A stretch of DNA of 63,495 nt, counting the filler. It is 4 parts of 4 records of this genome, joined end to end, with 100 filler letters (N's around TTAATTAATTAA, not from the genome) between each part and the next. Parts side by side here need not be neighbours in the genome. Positions count along the whole stretch, not along the records: positions 1 to 8,207 come from SRR31156797_8820; positions 8,308 to 20,727 come from SRR31156797_8821; 2 more parts are not named here. One strand, 5' to 3'. Below are positions 1 to 9,547 of this stretch, piece by piece. Position 1 is the stretch's first letter, and each line of letters starts with the position of its first letter. The notes beneath the pieces are model-generated. The model was not told the origin of the DNA. It saw nothing but the letters and a program-made list of their open reading frames with translations, and ran no database searches. A program made the position numbers and the translations under genes.

Positions 1-77
1 CTTTCACAAGAAAGCAGCCTTTTTCTTTATCTACTCTTTTCTTTGCCCTTTCCTGCCTCGCGCGTTATATTACTAGT

Positions 78-488
78 ATGCAATTAATACATACTCCACT
101 CCCCTACTCTTTTCTTAAATCAACTCCCCCGGGAAATGAATCCGGAATCGAAGTTGAGGATAAAAACGAACTTCACGAATCCGAAAAGAAAGCCATTACC
201 TGTCGTGAATGCGGAGCGAGAATCACTGACAATTCATTTTCAACAAAGATTAACGACAGCCACGAACACTCTTTCTTCAACCCTCATGGCTACGTATTTC
301 AGATCAGATGTTTTTCCGCCGCAACAGGCTGTGTTACATCCGGAAAACCATCAGGTGAATTCACATGGTTCGCAGGATACACATGGCAGGTAAGCGCATG
401 CTCCAAATGCAAGGCTCACCTTGGCTGGCGATTTCAATCCAACACAAAGTCATTCTACGGATTGATCAAGGATAAAATCAAAGAATAA
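78..488 (+). CDS. Stand-alone cereblon-family (CULT/thalidomide-binding domain) protein
   Basis: Two Zn-binding CxxC pairs (CREC, CSKC), NPHG motif, and FTWFAGYTW...HLGWRF carrying the three cage tryptophans typical of CULT domains. Confidence 0.9.
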   Translation: MQLIHTPLPYSFLKSTPPGNESGIEVEDKNELHESEKKAITCRECGARITDNSFSTKINDSHEHSFFNPHGYVFQIRCFSAATGCVTSGKPSGEFTWFAGYTWQVSACSKCKAHLGWRFQSNTKSFYGLIKDKIKE

Positions 489-490
489 AA

Positions 491-522
491 AAACTCCCGA
501 CACCTTCCGGTATCGGGAGTTT
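491..522. terminator. Bidirectional intrinsic terminator between convergent cereblon and pyk
   Basis: AAACTCCCGA...TCGGGAGTTT inverted repeat flanked by A/T runs. Confidence 0.75.
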
Positions 523-545
523 CTCATTGATATAATCTGACAACT

Positions 546-1973
546 TTACTTGTAGTAAAGCTTAACTTCGTTGGTCTTGGGCATGGTCTGACCGGGAGTG
601 GGCTGACCGGATACGAGAACATATCCTTCACCTCTAGGAAACTTGTCATTGCCTTCAAGAAACTCAACAAGACGATCTCTGTGGTTAGGAAGAGCAGAGC
701 TTGTTGCAATAGGAGTAATACCCCAGAAAAAGTTCAAATATGCGGGAATACTTTTGTCCGGGGTCAGACAGTAAACAGGCTGCTCCGGTCTACGACTACA
801 AACGAGTCTGGCAGATGAACCACTTGAGGAGTGGCAAATAATTGCCGGACTGTCGATGTTCTTAGCCAGCAGACATGCAGAGTAGCTCAAGTACTTAACG
901 GGGTTAGGAACAACTTCTTCCGCAGGTTTGTAGGGCCCTTTGGTACGCAAAAGATAGTAAGGCTCGGTACCTTCTGCGATCTCTTTAATATAGCCTACAG
1001 CTTCAGCAGGATACGCGCCGATAGCGGTTTCCTCAGAAAGCATACAGCAATCCGCACCATCCATAATCGCGTTGGCAACGTCGTTAGCTTCCGCACGGGT
1101 GGGGATGGGGTTTTTAACCATGGAAAGCATCATCTGGGTTGCAACAATTACCGGCTTCTGGGCATGGCGAGCTGCACGGATAAGCTTTTTCTGGATAACG
1201 GGAACAGTGGAGAGCTTGCATTCAAGACCAAGATCACCGCGGGCAACCATGATACCGTCAGCAACTTCCAGAATGGACTCAATATTATCAACTGCATTCT
1301 GACGTTCAATCTTGGCGATAATGGGCAGCACAACACCACGCTTATTCATTGCAGCCAGCACATCTTCGACATCTTGTGCAGTCTGGACAAAAGACATGGC
1401 AACGGAATCAACACCAATATCGATACAACCGTCCAGATCAACTCTATCTTTTTCAGTGAAAGCAGGCAGTGCAATGTGCTTTCCGGGGAAGGTAATACCC
1501 TTCTTGGAAGCAAGCAGGCCTGCATTCTGGGCCTGCATTTTATAAAGTTTGTCTTTCTCAATAGTTTCGGTAACGAAAAATTGGAGCATTCCGTCACTGA
1601 GAGAAACTTCCATTCCGTCTTCAAGACCTTGCAGCAATTCAGGCTGATCAAGAGGAATAAAGGGAAGGTCTTTAGCCTTGTCGGCAACATCAGGAAGCCC
1701 CAGATAAACATAGGCACGGGAATCAATATCATGAGGAGCATCCTCAATAACACCGACCCTGATCTTAGGTCCGCACAGGTCACCCATGATGGTCAGAGGA
1801 ATGGAGAGTTCTTTTTCAACCTGACGAATCATAGCAATGACGGGCTTAAAGCTCTCTGCGTCAGAATGGGAAAAGTTCAAACGGAGGATTCTGACCCCGT
1901 TCTGGACCATTTTGGTAATGGTTTCCACATTACTTGATCCCGGGCCGAGAGTGGCAACAACTTTGGTTCTCAT
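546..1973 (-). CDS. pyk: Pyruvate kinase
   Basis: RTKVVATLGP, RLNFSH, DLCGPKIR, IIAKIE, DGIMVARGDLG, VATQMMLSM, PTRAE, MLSEETA motifs. Confidence 0.97.
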   Translation of the reverse strand: MRTKVVATLGPGSSNVETITKMVQNGVRILRLNFSHSDAESFKPVIAMIRQVEKELSIPLTIMGDLCGPKIRVGVIEDAPHDIDSRAYVYLGLPDVADKAKDLPFIPLDQPELLQGLEDGMEVSLSDGMLQFFVTETIEKDKLYKMQAQNAGLLASKKGITFPGKHIALPAFTEKDRVDLDGCIDIGVDSVAMSFVQTAQDVEDVLAAMNKRGVVLPIIAKIERQNAVDNIESILEVADGIMVARGDLGLECKLSTVPVIQKKLIRAARHAQKPVIVATQMMLSMVKNPIPTRAEANDVANAIMDGADCCMLSEETAIGAYPAEAVGYIKEIAEGTEPYYLLRTKGPYKPAEEVVPNPVKYLSYSACLLAKNIDSPAIICHSSSGSSARLVCSRRPEQPVYCLTPDKSIPAYLNFFWGITPIATSSALPNHRDRLVEFLEGNDKFPRGEGYVLVSGQPTPGQTMPKTNEVKLYYK

Positions 1974-2219
1974 GATCTTGTCCTCAATATTTTATTTGGG
2001 TAAAAATTTACTATCCCCAATTGATTGGAAAATTCGGATCCACCACTACCCGATGTTCACTTTCGAAAATATTCATAGCATAATTTTCGGAAATGTACAA
2101 AATTTTAATTTCAATGCTTTCTAATTTGCCTCAAATGATTTTTTTATTTTACATGACACCCTTCCGAGTTTATACCGAATAACTCTAAATGAAAATAATT
2201 TTAACTAACGGAGTATTGA

Positions 2220-2696
2220 ATGTTTAAAAACATGCTGAAATTAGCGTTGATCATTGCCATGGCAGCTTTTATTGCCGGATGTCAGCAGCAGGCTTCTTCC
2301 GGCGGCAAAGTCGGATTCGTTGACACCAACAAGGTTTTCAAAGAATGCAAAGCCGGAACCGAAGGCATGGAATACCTCAAAAAATCAAGCGAAGAATTTC
2401 AGACAAAATTTGCTGAAATGCAGAAAACTCTTGCCGGCAACCAGACTGAAGAGAATACCCGCAAGTTCCAGGAAGCACTTGGCGAATACCAGAACAAAAT
2501 GGGCGCAGAGCAGAATCGTATCGTAGAAGCCCTGCAGAACGGGTTCACCAAAGCTGTTGACGATTACCGTCAGGCTAACGGCTATTCCGCAATCCTCTCT
2601 ACTGAATCTGCGATCAGCTTTGATAAGTCTGCTGACATCAGCGACAAGATCATCGAATCAATGAACAAAATGGACATTAAAATCAAGCCCGAATAA
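2220..2696 (+). CDS. OmpH/Skp-family chaperone with lipoprotein signal
   Basis: KVGFVDTNKVF N-terminal motif, coiled-coil middle, C-terminal ADISDKII; lipobox FIAGC; GGAG RBS. Confidence 0.8.
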   Translation: MFKNMLKLALIIAMAAFIAGCQQQASSGGKVGFVDTNKVFKECKAGTEGMEYLKKSSEEFQTKFAEMQKTLAGNQTEENTRKFQEALGEYQNKMGAEQNRIVEALQNGFTKAVDDYRQANGYSAILSTESAISFDKSADISDKIIESMNKMDIKIKPE

Positions 2697-2720
2697 TTAC
2701 GGCTGATTACATTAGACCTT

Positions 2721-2760
2721 AAAAATCCCTCCGCTGCATATAGCAACGGAGGGATTTTTT
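2721..2760 (+). terminator. Intrinsic terminator after ompH-like gene
   Basis: AAAAATCCCTCCG...CGGAGGGATTTTTT. Confidence 0.8.
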
Positions 2761-2881
2761 GTTACAAAACAACAAATTTCATTTAATTAACCCAACCTTT
2801 CCCTTGATTTTTCCCACTACACAGGAGATTATCACATCATATTTTCTCTCTTAATTTCAACAATCTAGTGAATAATCTAAT

Positions 2882-4540
2882 ATGAGTTTAGCATTACTTG
2901 GAAATCTTTTCGGCGGACTTGGCCTATTTTTAATCGGAATGCGCTTGATGACAACTGGTTTGAAACAGGCTGCCGGTAAATCACTGAAAAAAATTCTCGG
3001 GCAATGGACCAAAAGTCCTGGTCGAGGGTTATTTTCAGGATTCCTGATAACCGCACTGGTTCAATCATCAAGCGCAGTTACTGTTGCGGTTATCGGTTTT
3101 GTGAATGCCGGACTGATTACTCTTTCCCAGTCCATTGGGGTCATTTACGGAAGTAATATTGGTACCACTGTTACCGGCTGGATTGTTGCTGCGGTTGGAT
3201 TCAGCGTTAACCTAAAAGCTTTTGCCCTGCCCGTCATTGCACTTGGTGCAATAATGCGTTTAAGCGGACCTACGTCTCGGCGTGCATTTTTCGGCGACGC
3301 CTTTGCCGGATTCGGGCTATTCCTCATGGGAATTTCCACTTTGCAAATGGCCTTCAAGGGCATTGAAGCTACAATTGATCTTTCATCCTTTGCCACCATG
3401 GGAGCCCTTTCAATTCCTATATTCATCGGCATCGGCTTAATGCTTACATTACTTATGCAGAGTTCCAGTGCGGCCATGGCCCTTGTTCTTACCGCCACAG
3501 TCAGTGGACTGCTGGACCTAAATCAGGGTGCTGCCGCCGTCATCGGTACAAACATCGGCACAACCTCCACAGCCGCCCTCTCTGTTATCGGTGCCACCAT
3601 TAACGCCAAGAAAGTTGCCACCGGACATATCATCTTTAATATTATCACCGCCCTTGCGGCCCTTGTTATGCTCCCGGTGCTTATAAAATCCATTCTTTTC
3701 TGCATGGATATTATGCATGTGTATCATGAGCCGGCCGTTGTTTTGGCCCTGTTCCACACTGTATTCAATTTTCTGGGAGTCCTGCTGCTCTGGCCTTTCA
3801 CTGAAAAACTTGTTTCCTTTATCGAAAAAAGATTCGCAGCGTTGGAAGATGACCGAGGACGCCCCAAATACCTGGATAACAATGTCATCGGTACACCAAC
3901 CCTTGCCCTTGACGCCCTGACCCTTGAAATGGAACGAATCGGCCAGATTACCCGCAGAATTGTGCGCAAAGGTCTTAACTCCGATTTTGGATACGGCGCC
4001 CTCCCGGCTGACAAAGAAGCGCAGGACAGACTCATTGAGGCAGCCCGATCTTTTTGCGCCAGATTACAATCCCGCCCTCTGACCGAACTTCAGGGGCAAC
4101 AAGTGGCAACCGCCCTGCGCGTACTGCAATATTTCCGGACCGCCGGAGCACTCTGCGCATCGCTGGAGAAGAAAAGACTTAAGCCTGCACTCGAACTGCT
4201 TGGCCCGGATGCAGACATGGTCACGGTCTTCCGCAACTCCTGCATTGGTGTCTTAAACGTTGCAGAAGACCCATGTTCCGAAGAATTTTGTAAAATCGAC
4301 AACATGATACATGACATGTTATCAGCATACCACGACCTGAAAGCGAAACTGCTTTCTGCCGGTGGAACAGGCAACATCCCGGTCCCCGAAATGGTCGAAC
4401 AACTTGAGCTTTTCTCAAAGATACGACGCATAGCAAGGCAGGCAGCCAAAGGCGCTGTCTACCTTGCAGCCATGAGGCCGGACTCCGGCGTATGCTGCCC
4501 GACCAATACAATTAAATTCGCATGGAACCGCCATTGGTAA
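2882..4540 (+). CDS. Na+/Pi cotransporter family protein with PhoU-like C-terminal region
   Basis: GGLGLFLIGM start, two QSSSA repeats, GSNIGTT/GTNIGTT motifs, FHTVFN, PKYLD then helical C-terminus. Confidence 0.9.
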   Translation: MSLALLGNLFGGLGLFLIGMRLMTTGLKQAAGKSLKKILGQWTKSPGRGLFSGFLITALVQSSSAVTVAVIGFVNAGLITLSQSIGVIYGSNIGTTVTGWIVAAVGFSVNLKAFALPVIALGAIMRLSGPTSRRAFFGDAFAGFGLFLMGISTLQMAFKGIEATIDLSSFATMGALSIPIFIGIGLMLTLLMQSSSAAMALVLTATVSGLLDLNQGAAAVIGTNIGTTSTAALSVIGATINAKKVATGHIIFNIITALAALVMLPVLIKSILFCMDIMHVYHEPAVVLALFHTVFNFLGVLLLWPFTEKLVSFIEKRFAALEDDRGRPKYLDNNVIGTPTLALDALTLEMERIGQITRRIVRKGLNSDFGYGALPADKEAQDRLIEAARSFCARLQSRPLTELQGQQVATALRVLQYFRTAGALCASLEKKRLKPALELLGPDADMVTVFRNSCIGVLNVAEDPCSEEFCKIDNMIHDMLSAYHDLKAKLLSAGGTGNIPVPEMVEQLELFSKIRRIARQAAKGAVYLAAMRPDSGVCCPTNTIKFAWNRHW

Positions 4541-4556
4541 TCAAACTGGAGCCGCA

Positions 4557-5705
4557 ATGAACAAATTTAAAATACCCGCAATCATATTTGCAGTTGTTTT
4601 CGTAGCTTCTGCAGCAGCCCTGTTTTTCTATGTACAGAAAGATCTGGGAGAAAAAACCGGTGTTGAAGTGGACGCTCCCGCATGGGTTAATGAAAACGGC
4701 TCCAGCGGCAAAAGACCCGTGTCCGGAAAAGTAGCCAGATCCGGTGATTCAATAAAACCCGGACTGGAAAATAAAACTGAATCCGCACCCCAGAAAGATG
4801 ATATAAAAATTGCGAAAGACAAGACAGCTGCTTCCACCGCCAATAAAACAGCCCTCTCTCCGGTTGAAAAAACTGTCGATAAAATAAAGGAAACCATCAT
4901 CACCGAAGTCTTTCTTGATAACCTCGCCCAATACATAGCAGACAGTTATCACCCGGCTGGTTCGCTCCCGTACAAAGCACAAAAAGGCTTTAGCTCCGCC
5001 TCATTCAAAGGGATCAACATGCACTTCGGACTGAACCTGCGTGGACTGATGCCTAATGCCGAAAACCTTGTAACGGCCCGAAAATCCATCTGGTCCTACC
5101 TGCTTACTCCGGGAAAACTGGCTGCTGTTTCAAAATCCGAAACAGGGCAGTTGCTTGATCTCATTGAGGAAAAGGGGATTCTTGCAGAAAGAAAATTTGT
5201 AGAAGGTGATAGCTTCTCTGTCCGTGAACTGACCAGAACCCAACGTGCTGATATGTTCCGTACCAACAGCCTGCCGCTCCGCCATGTTGCGGCAGTTCTA
5301 AAAGCAGTGGCTGACAACCCGGACCTCATGCAGGCACTGGACAGCTACATAAAAGCGGAAAAACGAGTCGATTCTGCCAACGGATTATTCCAGCTTGATC
5401 TGGATAATTCCCGCAACTCCAAATCCGAAGCTGCAAGAAACAAGGCCACCCACTCCGGCAAAATACTCAAGGAAGCGATTACTATCAGGGAAAAGATCAA
5501 GACCGGCATCACTCAAAAAATCAAATCATATTGCGCTGGCAAGTGCGATAAACCGGATGATTCTTTTTACATCGCACAATGGATTTTCAGAAGGGTTCGT
5601 ACTGATGAAAAGAAACTTAAATCCATTGCCACAGGGAGCGAAGTCCTAACTGGCATTGCTGACAAAATGGCTGAAAGAGCTGAAGCAATAGAAAAATCAA
5701 TGTAG
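4557..5705 (+). CDS. Hypothetical protein with N-terminal membrane anchor
   Basis: 382-aa ORF with GGAG RBS, single hydrophobic N-terminal helix, low-complexity linker, helical body; no family recognised. Confidence 0.7.
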   Translation: MNKFKIPAIIFAVVFVASAAALFFYVQKDLGEKTGVEVDAPAWVNENGSSGKRPVSGKVARSGDSIKPGLENKTESAPQKDDIKIAKDKTAASTANKTALSPVEKTVDKIKETIITEVFLDNLAQYIADSYHPAGSLPYKAQKGFSSASFKGINMHFGLNLRGLMPNAENLVTARKSIWSYLLTPGKLAAVSKSETGQLLDLIEEKGILAERKFVEGDSFSVRELTRTQRADMFRTNSLPLRHVAAVLKAVADNPDLMQALDSYIKAEKRVDSANGLFQLDLDNSRNSKSEAARNKATHSGKILKEAITIREKIKTGITQKIKSYCAGKCDKPDDSFYIAQWIFRRVRTDEKKLKSIATGSEVLTGIADKMAERAEAIEKSM

Positions 5706-5724
5706 CCGACAGACTTAGCTTCCA

Positions 5725-7371
5725 CTAACACTCGGCGGGAATCCTGATAATAATCTTCATCCCTTCACCCGGATTGGTTTCAATTTCGAAGGTCCCGCCG
5801 TGCTTCTGAGTAATGATGAAGTAGGAGACAAAGAGACCGAGCCCTGTCCCCTCACCGACAGGTTTGGTGGTAAAGAAAGGCTCCAAAGCCTTCTTCCGGG
5901 TTTCAGCATCCATCCCGGGACCATTATCTTCAATTTCAAGACGAACAAATCCAGACTCTTTCTTTAACCGTATGGCAATACAGGCTATATCATCCGCTCT
6001 TCTTTCCTGATTAGCAAGAATAGCCTGTACAGAATTCTTAAGTAGATTGATGAGGACCTGCTCAATTTCTGATGGAGAACAAAAAAGTTGAGGCAGTGAA
6101 TCGTCGAATTCTTTTACGATTTCCAACCCTCCCCCTCCAGACTTGCTGTAAAAATCATAACCGCTGAAAGAAAGCTCAATGGCAGTTTCCACAATCTGTT
6201 CGATGTCGGAACAAACCCTTTCCCCGCCGGACTGTCTGCTGAATTGAAGCATGTTGGAAACAATACGCGCAGACCTTTCACCCATCTCCCGAACAGATTC
6301 AAGCTTGGAAAGAATTCCCCTTTTCTCGCAATACTCATGTACAGCTTTAAAAGGTATTCCCAATTCTTCGGCCACAGCATGGTTTTTGGGTAAATGTCCT
6401 GAAATCCTGCGCTGAATATTCTGGATACCTTGAAGAATGCCCCCAAGAGGGTTGTTGATTTCATGGGCCATACCTGCAGCAAGACCACCAACGGTCATCA
6501 TCTTCTCAGTTTGAACCATAACCTCTTCCATACGGGTCCTGGCAGTAATATCATCAATACGGATGACTGCACCAGCCTCATCACCTTTAAACGGAAATAC
6601 AACAATTTCATAAAAAACATTGTAGCCGTCCCGGTCCATATGGAAGATTTCAGTACCCCCTTCAATTTCCCCATGGATGGTTGCCGAAATTAAATGCTCA
6701 AACCGGCGTAACTCCGGCATCATTTCATAGACAAAATTGCCTTCTGCTTCCTCGGAAGCACGTCCGGTCTCCTTGTGAGCATAATCATTCCAGAGCACTA
6801 CATTTGAATCTTCATCCACGCCTACAAGTACGGAATGCATGGAATCAATAACATTGCCAAGGTAATTACGGGTCCGCTGCAACGCCCGCTGATCAGCCAA
6901 TCTGCGCCGCACGTCACGGGCAACCATAACAATATACAGCCTGCCACCCACAAAATGCACCCGAAGCGTCATCTCAACCGGAATGCGTGATCCACCTTTG
7001 CCAAGTAGATCAGTCATGGAAACATCTTCCTTGTCCCATGAAGAATAGACATCGTCATCAATCAAAACTTCATGCAGCAGAAAACAGGTATCCTCCGGGA
7101 AAACCAGTTCAGGAGGACTGTCCAGCAACTCTTCTCTACTGTAATTTGTTTTCTTTGAAGCGGTCTTGTTGACGTCCGCAAAACTCCATGAAAAAGCATC
7201 AAGCACAAACAAGGCATCATTAGCATTTTCCACCAAAGCCCTGAAACGCTCCAACTCGTTAATCCTTTCCCGAAGTTCAGGATAATAACTTTTGCGCATT
7301 GATGTCTCGCCAAGCCCGATAAGCTTGTTACGAACATTTTCACTGGAGTTCGGTTTAGAGCGCCGCTTCAT
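5725..7371 (-). CDS. Cytoplasmic PAS-PAS sensor histidine kinase (NtrB-like HisKA, ErcS-like N-terminus)
   Basis: [19 protein letters not shown]-terminus, two PAS domains, H-box [15 protein letters not shown]-box [26 protein letters not shown]; start overlaps the upstream ADH gene. Confidence 0.9.
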   Translation of the reverse strand: MKRRSKPNSSENVRNKLIGLGETSMRKSYYPELRERINELERFRALVENANDALFVLDAFSWSFADVNKTASKKTNYSREELLDSPPELVFPEDTCFLLHEVLIDDDVYSSWDKEDVSMTDLLGKGGSRIPVEMTLRVHFVGGRLYIVMVARDVRRRLADQRALQRTRNYLGNVIDSMHSVLVGVDEDSNVVLWNDYAHKETGRASEEAEGNFVYEMMPELRRFEHLISATIHGEIEGGTEIFHMDRDGYNVFYEIVVFPFKGDEAGAVIRIDDITARTRMEEVMVQTEKMMTVGGLAAGMAHEINNPLGGILQGIQNIQRRISGHLPKNHAVAEELGIPFKAVHEYCEKRGILSKLESVREMGERSARIVSNMLQFSRQSGGERVCSDIEQIVETAIELSFSGYDFYSKSGGGGLEIVKEFDDSLPQLFCSPSEIEQVLINLLKNSVQAILANQERRADDIACIAIRLKKESGFVRLEIEDNGPGMDAETRKKALEPFFTTKPVGEGTGLGLFVSYFIITQKHGGTFEIETNPGEGMKIIIRIPAEC

Positions 7372-8206
7372 AAATCTTCTCTACATCTTCCTGACTTAAT
7401 TCAACCGGATTAGTGACCATACAGGCATCTTTAAGAGCCATTTCAGCCAATTTAGGAATTTCATCCCGGGTAAGCCCCATATCACCAAGGGACATATTAA
7501 TACCCGCTGCTATACTTAAGGACACAATTGCCTGCTCAAGATCATCACAAATTTGCTCATCTGTTTTTCCAGAAACAGATACGCCCATTTTTTCCGCAAT
7601 ACGGGAATACCTTTTAACTGCAGATGGAAAATTAACCCTGATCACATAAGGAAGCAAGATAGCATTGCATTCGCCGTGCGGTAAATCCAAATGACCGCCA
7701 AGGCTATGAGCCATGGCATGCACAGCGCCAAGAATAGCATTGGAAAAAGCAAGCCCTGCCTCCATGCTTCCCAACATGACCTGTCCCCGCAATTCAAGAT
7801 TTCCAGGATCTTTGATAGCTGCGGCAAGATTACCGGAAACCTGCTCAATGGCATCAAGAGCCAACAGATCGGTTAATGCTGAATTGGCATTTGAGACATA
7901 CGCTTCTATGGCATGGGTCAAAGCATCCATACCAGTGGCCGCCGTCAACTGCGCATCCATAGTAGAAGTCAACTCAGGATCAATCAAAGCTGCGTCGGGG
8001 ACCATGGCCTTACTGACTATGCTTATTTTCACATCCCGCTCGGTGTCGGTGATAATGGCAAACTGTGAAACATCAGCGGAACTGCCGGCAGTAGAAGGAA
8101 TACAAATTAGAGGTGGCCCTGGCACATCAACCATATCCACACCCTCAAAATTCAAAATATGGGAATTATTAGTAGTGACAATTCCAATTCCTTTTGCACA
8201 ATCCAT
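7355..8206 (-). CDS. Iron-containing alcohol dehydrogenase, ErcA-like (5' end truncated by contig edge)
   Basis: IPSTAGSSADVSQF, GMDALTHAIEAY, GAVHAMAHSLGG, PHGECNA Fe-binding motifs; DCAKGIG continues from the missing GGGSPM. Confidence 0.9.
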   Translation of the reverse strand: MDCAKGIGIVTTNNSHILNFEGVDMVDVPGPPLICIPSTAGSSADVSQFAIITDTERDVKISIVSKAMVPDAALIDPELTSTMDAQLTAATGMDALTHAIEAYVSNANSALTDLLALDAIEQVSGNLAAAIKDPGNLELRGQVMLGSMEAGLAFSNAILGAVHAMAHSLGGHLDLPHGECNAILLPYVIRVNFPSAVKRYSRIAEKMGVSVSGKTDEQICDDLEQAIVSLSIAAGINMSLGDMGLTRDEIPKLAEMALKDACMVTNPVELSQEDVEKIYEAAL

Positions 8207-8207
8207 A

Positions 8208-8307
8208 NNNNNNNNNNNNNNNNNNNNNNNNNNNNNNNNNNNNNNNNNNNNTTAATTAATTAANNNNNNNNNNNNNNNNNNNNNNNNNNNNNNNNNNNNN
8301 NNNNNNN
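8208..8307. other. Artificial contig-joining spacer
   Basis: 44 N + TTAATTAATTAA (stops in all six frames) + 44 N; composition changes across it. Confidence 0.98.
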
Positions 8308-8326
8308 TTACATTCTCAATATATAG

Positions 8327-8357
8327 AAAGGCTGTCCTCAGGGGCAGCCTTTTTTTT
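8327..8357 (+). terminator. Intrinsic terminator of an upstream gene outside the contig
   Basis: AAAGGCTGTCC-TCAG-GGGCAGCCTTTTTTTT. Confidence 0.75.
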
Positions 8358-8463
8358 GTTTCTGAAATGTTAAATATTCTAATTGAGATATATTCCTTTT
8401 CGAAAAGGTGATCATTTTTTATTTCTTTGTGCTTCAATTATTACATAAAGAAAAATAAAGAAT

Positions 8464-9012
8464 ATGAATTGGAACCTGAAACTAAGAAACTGGCATAGAG
8501 ATTTCTCTTATTTTTATGCTGGTTTATTAATAGCCTTCTCTATATCTGGAATTGCCTTAAATCATCGCCATTCCTGGGACCCAAGAGACTACGTGTATGA
8601 AACAGTAGATGTAAAGTTTGATTTGCCTAAGGATAAAGAAGCAATTACAGATGAATTTTTTCAGGCGGCATTAAAAAATCAGAACATAGAATTAGAACTG
8701 AATGGAACAGCTTGGCGAAGGGGAGGATACAATCTATATTTCGAAAATGCTTACGCTTATATCAATCCATTTACAGGCGAAGGTCAGATAGAAAGTTTTC
8801 GAACCAGACCTGTATTGGGTCAGATGGTCGATTTGCACAAATCGGCAAGCGATGTTTGGGTATGGTATTCCGATATCTTTGCAATTTGTGTGTTGTTAAT
8901 ATGCGTTACCGGATTAGTTATTACAAAAGGTAGAAATGGCTTTAAAAAACGTGGTTGGAAATTGGCGCTCATAGGCGTTATTATTCCTTCGGTACTGTGG
9001 TTTTTTCTGTAA
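8464..9012 (+). CDS. PepSY-associated TM helix domain protein
   Basis: LRNWHRDFSY, FSISGIALNH, MVDLHK, WVWYSDIFA, TGL motifs; three TM segments. Confidence 0.85.
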   Translation: MNWNLKLRNWHRDFSYFYAGLLIAFSISGIALNHRHSWDPRDYVYETVDVKFDLPKDKEAITDEFFQAALKNQNIELELNGTAWRRGGYNLYFENAYAYINPFTGEGQIESFRTRPVLGQMVDLHKSASDVWVWYSDIFAICVLLICVTGLVITKGRNGFKKRGWKLALIGVIIPSVLWFFL

Positions 9013-9112
9013 GAAATAAAAGAAAGCTTTTATAATTGAATATGGATTTTTACATATAGCTTAATAGTTTTCTAAAAAAATAAAGTTTGTTTGACTAATT
9101 CTTCTTAATTTC

Positions 9113-9140
9113 AAAATCAGGAGTTTCTCCTGATTTTTTT
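9113..9140 (+). terminator. Intrinsic terminator-like hairpin
   Basis: AAAATCAGGAG-TTT-CTCCTGATTTTTTT. Confidence 0.7.
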
Positions 9141-9160
9141 GTTTTTAATAATAGCATACA

Positions 9161-9448
9161 ATGGCACTTCATATAGGACGATTCTCTTTTCGCGGACCTT
9201 TTAAGAATCTTGACGAGATAAAAAACAGACCTGGTTTGTTTATACTTCATAAAGGTGAGTCGGACATATCTCCGATTGTGATTAAAGAAACACCTCTTTT
9301 AAATGATAGTATTGGCGAAGAATTAAATCATGCCGGATTAGTTTTGGGTGAAGATTGTTTTGTGTCTGTTTACAATACATTTTGTGCACTTGCTCTCGAT
9401 CGAGAAGAAATGGTTGAAGAGCTTATGGCAATTTTTCAGGAAAACTAA
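9161..9448 (+). CDS. Small hypothetical protein, possibly degenerate GIY-YIG-like fold
   Basis: IGRFSFRGPF...RPGLFILH...VSVYNT...REEMVEEL layout resembles small stand-alone GIY-YIG-like proteins. Confidence 0.55.
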   Translation: MALHIGRFSFRGPFKNLDEIKNRPGLFILHKGESDISPIVIKETPLLNDSIGEELNHAGLVLGEDCFVSVYNTFCALALDREEMVEELMAIFQEN

Positions 9449-9511
9449 TTTTTATACTTCCAGATTCCTTTTCAATTTCAGATTTAAATGATAAAATCTG
9501 CTTGGATTTTA

Positions 9512-9519
9512 TATCTTTG
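9512..9519 (+). promoter_or_regulatory. Bacteroidota primary-sigma -7 element
   Basis: TATCTTTG matches TAnnTTTG about 30 nt upstream of ruvX. Confidence 0.6.
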
Positions 9520-9547
9520 CAATTCAAAATAAGTATAAATAAGAGTA

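Noticed and set aside
831..1937. 368-aa ORF antisense to pyk
   Set aside because: In-register shadow of a highly conserved gene, with no RBS or recognisable motifs
8252..8263. TTAATTAATTAA occurring three times in the window
   Set aside because: Synthetic six-frame stop linker, not a biological repeat
7713..8437. ORFs running into or across the N spacer, including LIN endings
   Set aside because: Artefacts of the TTAATTAATTAA linker; the same applies at 47332-47552
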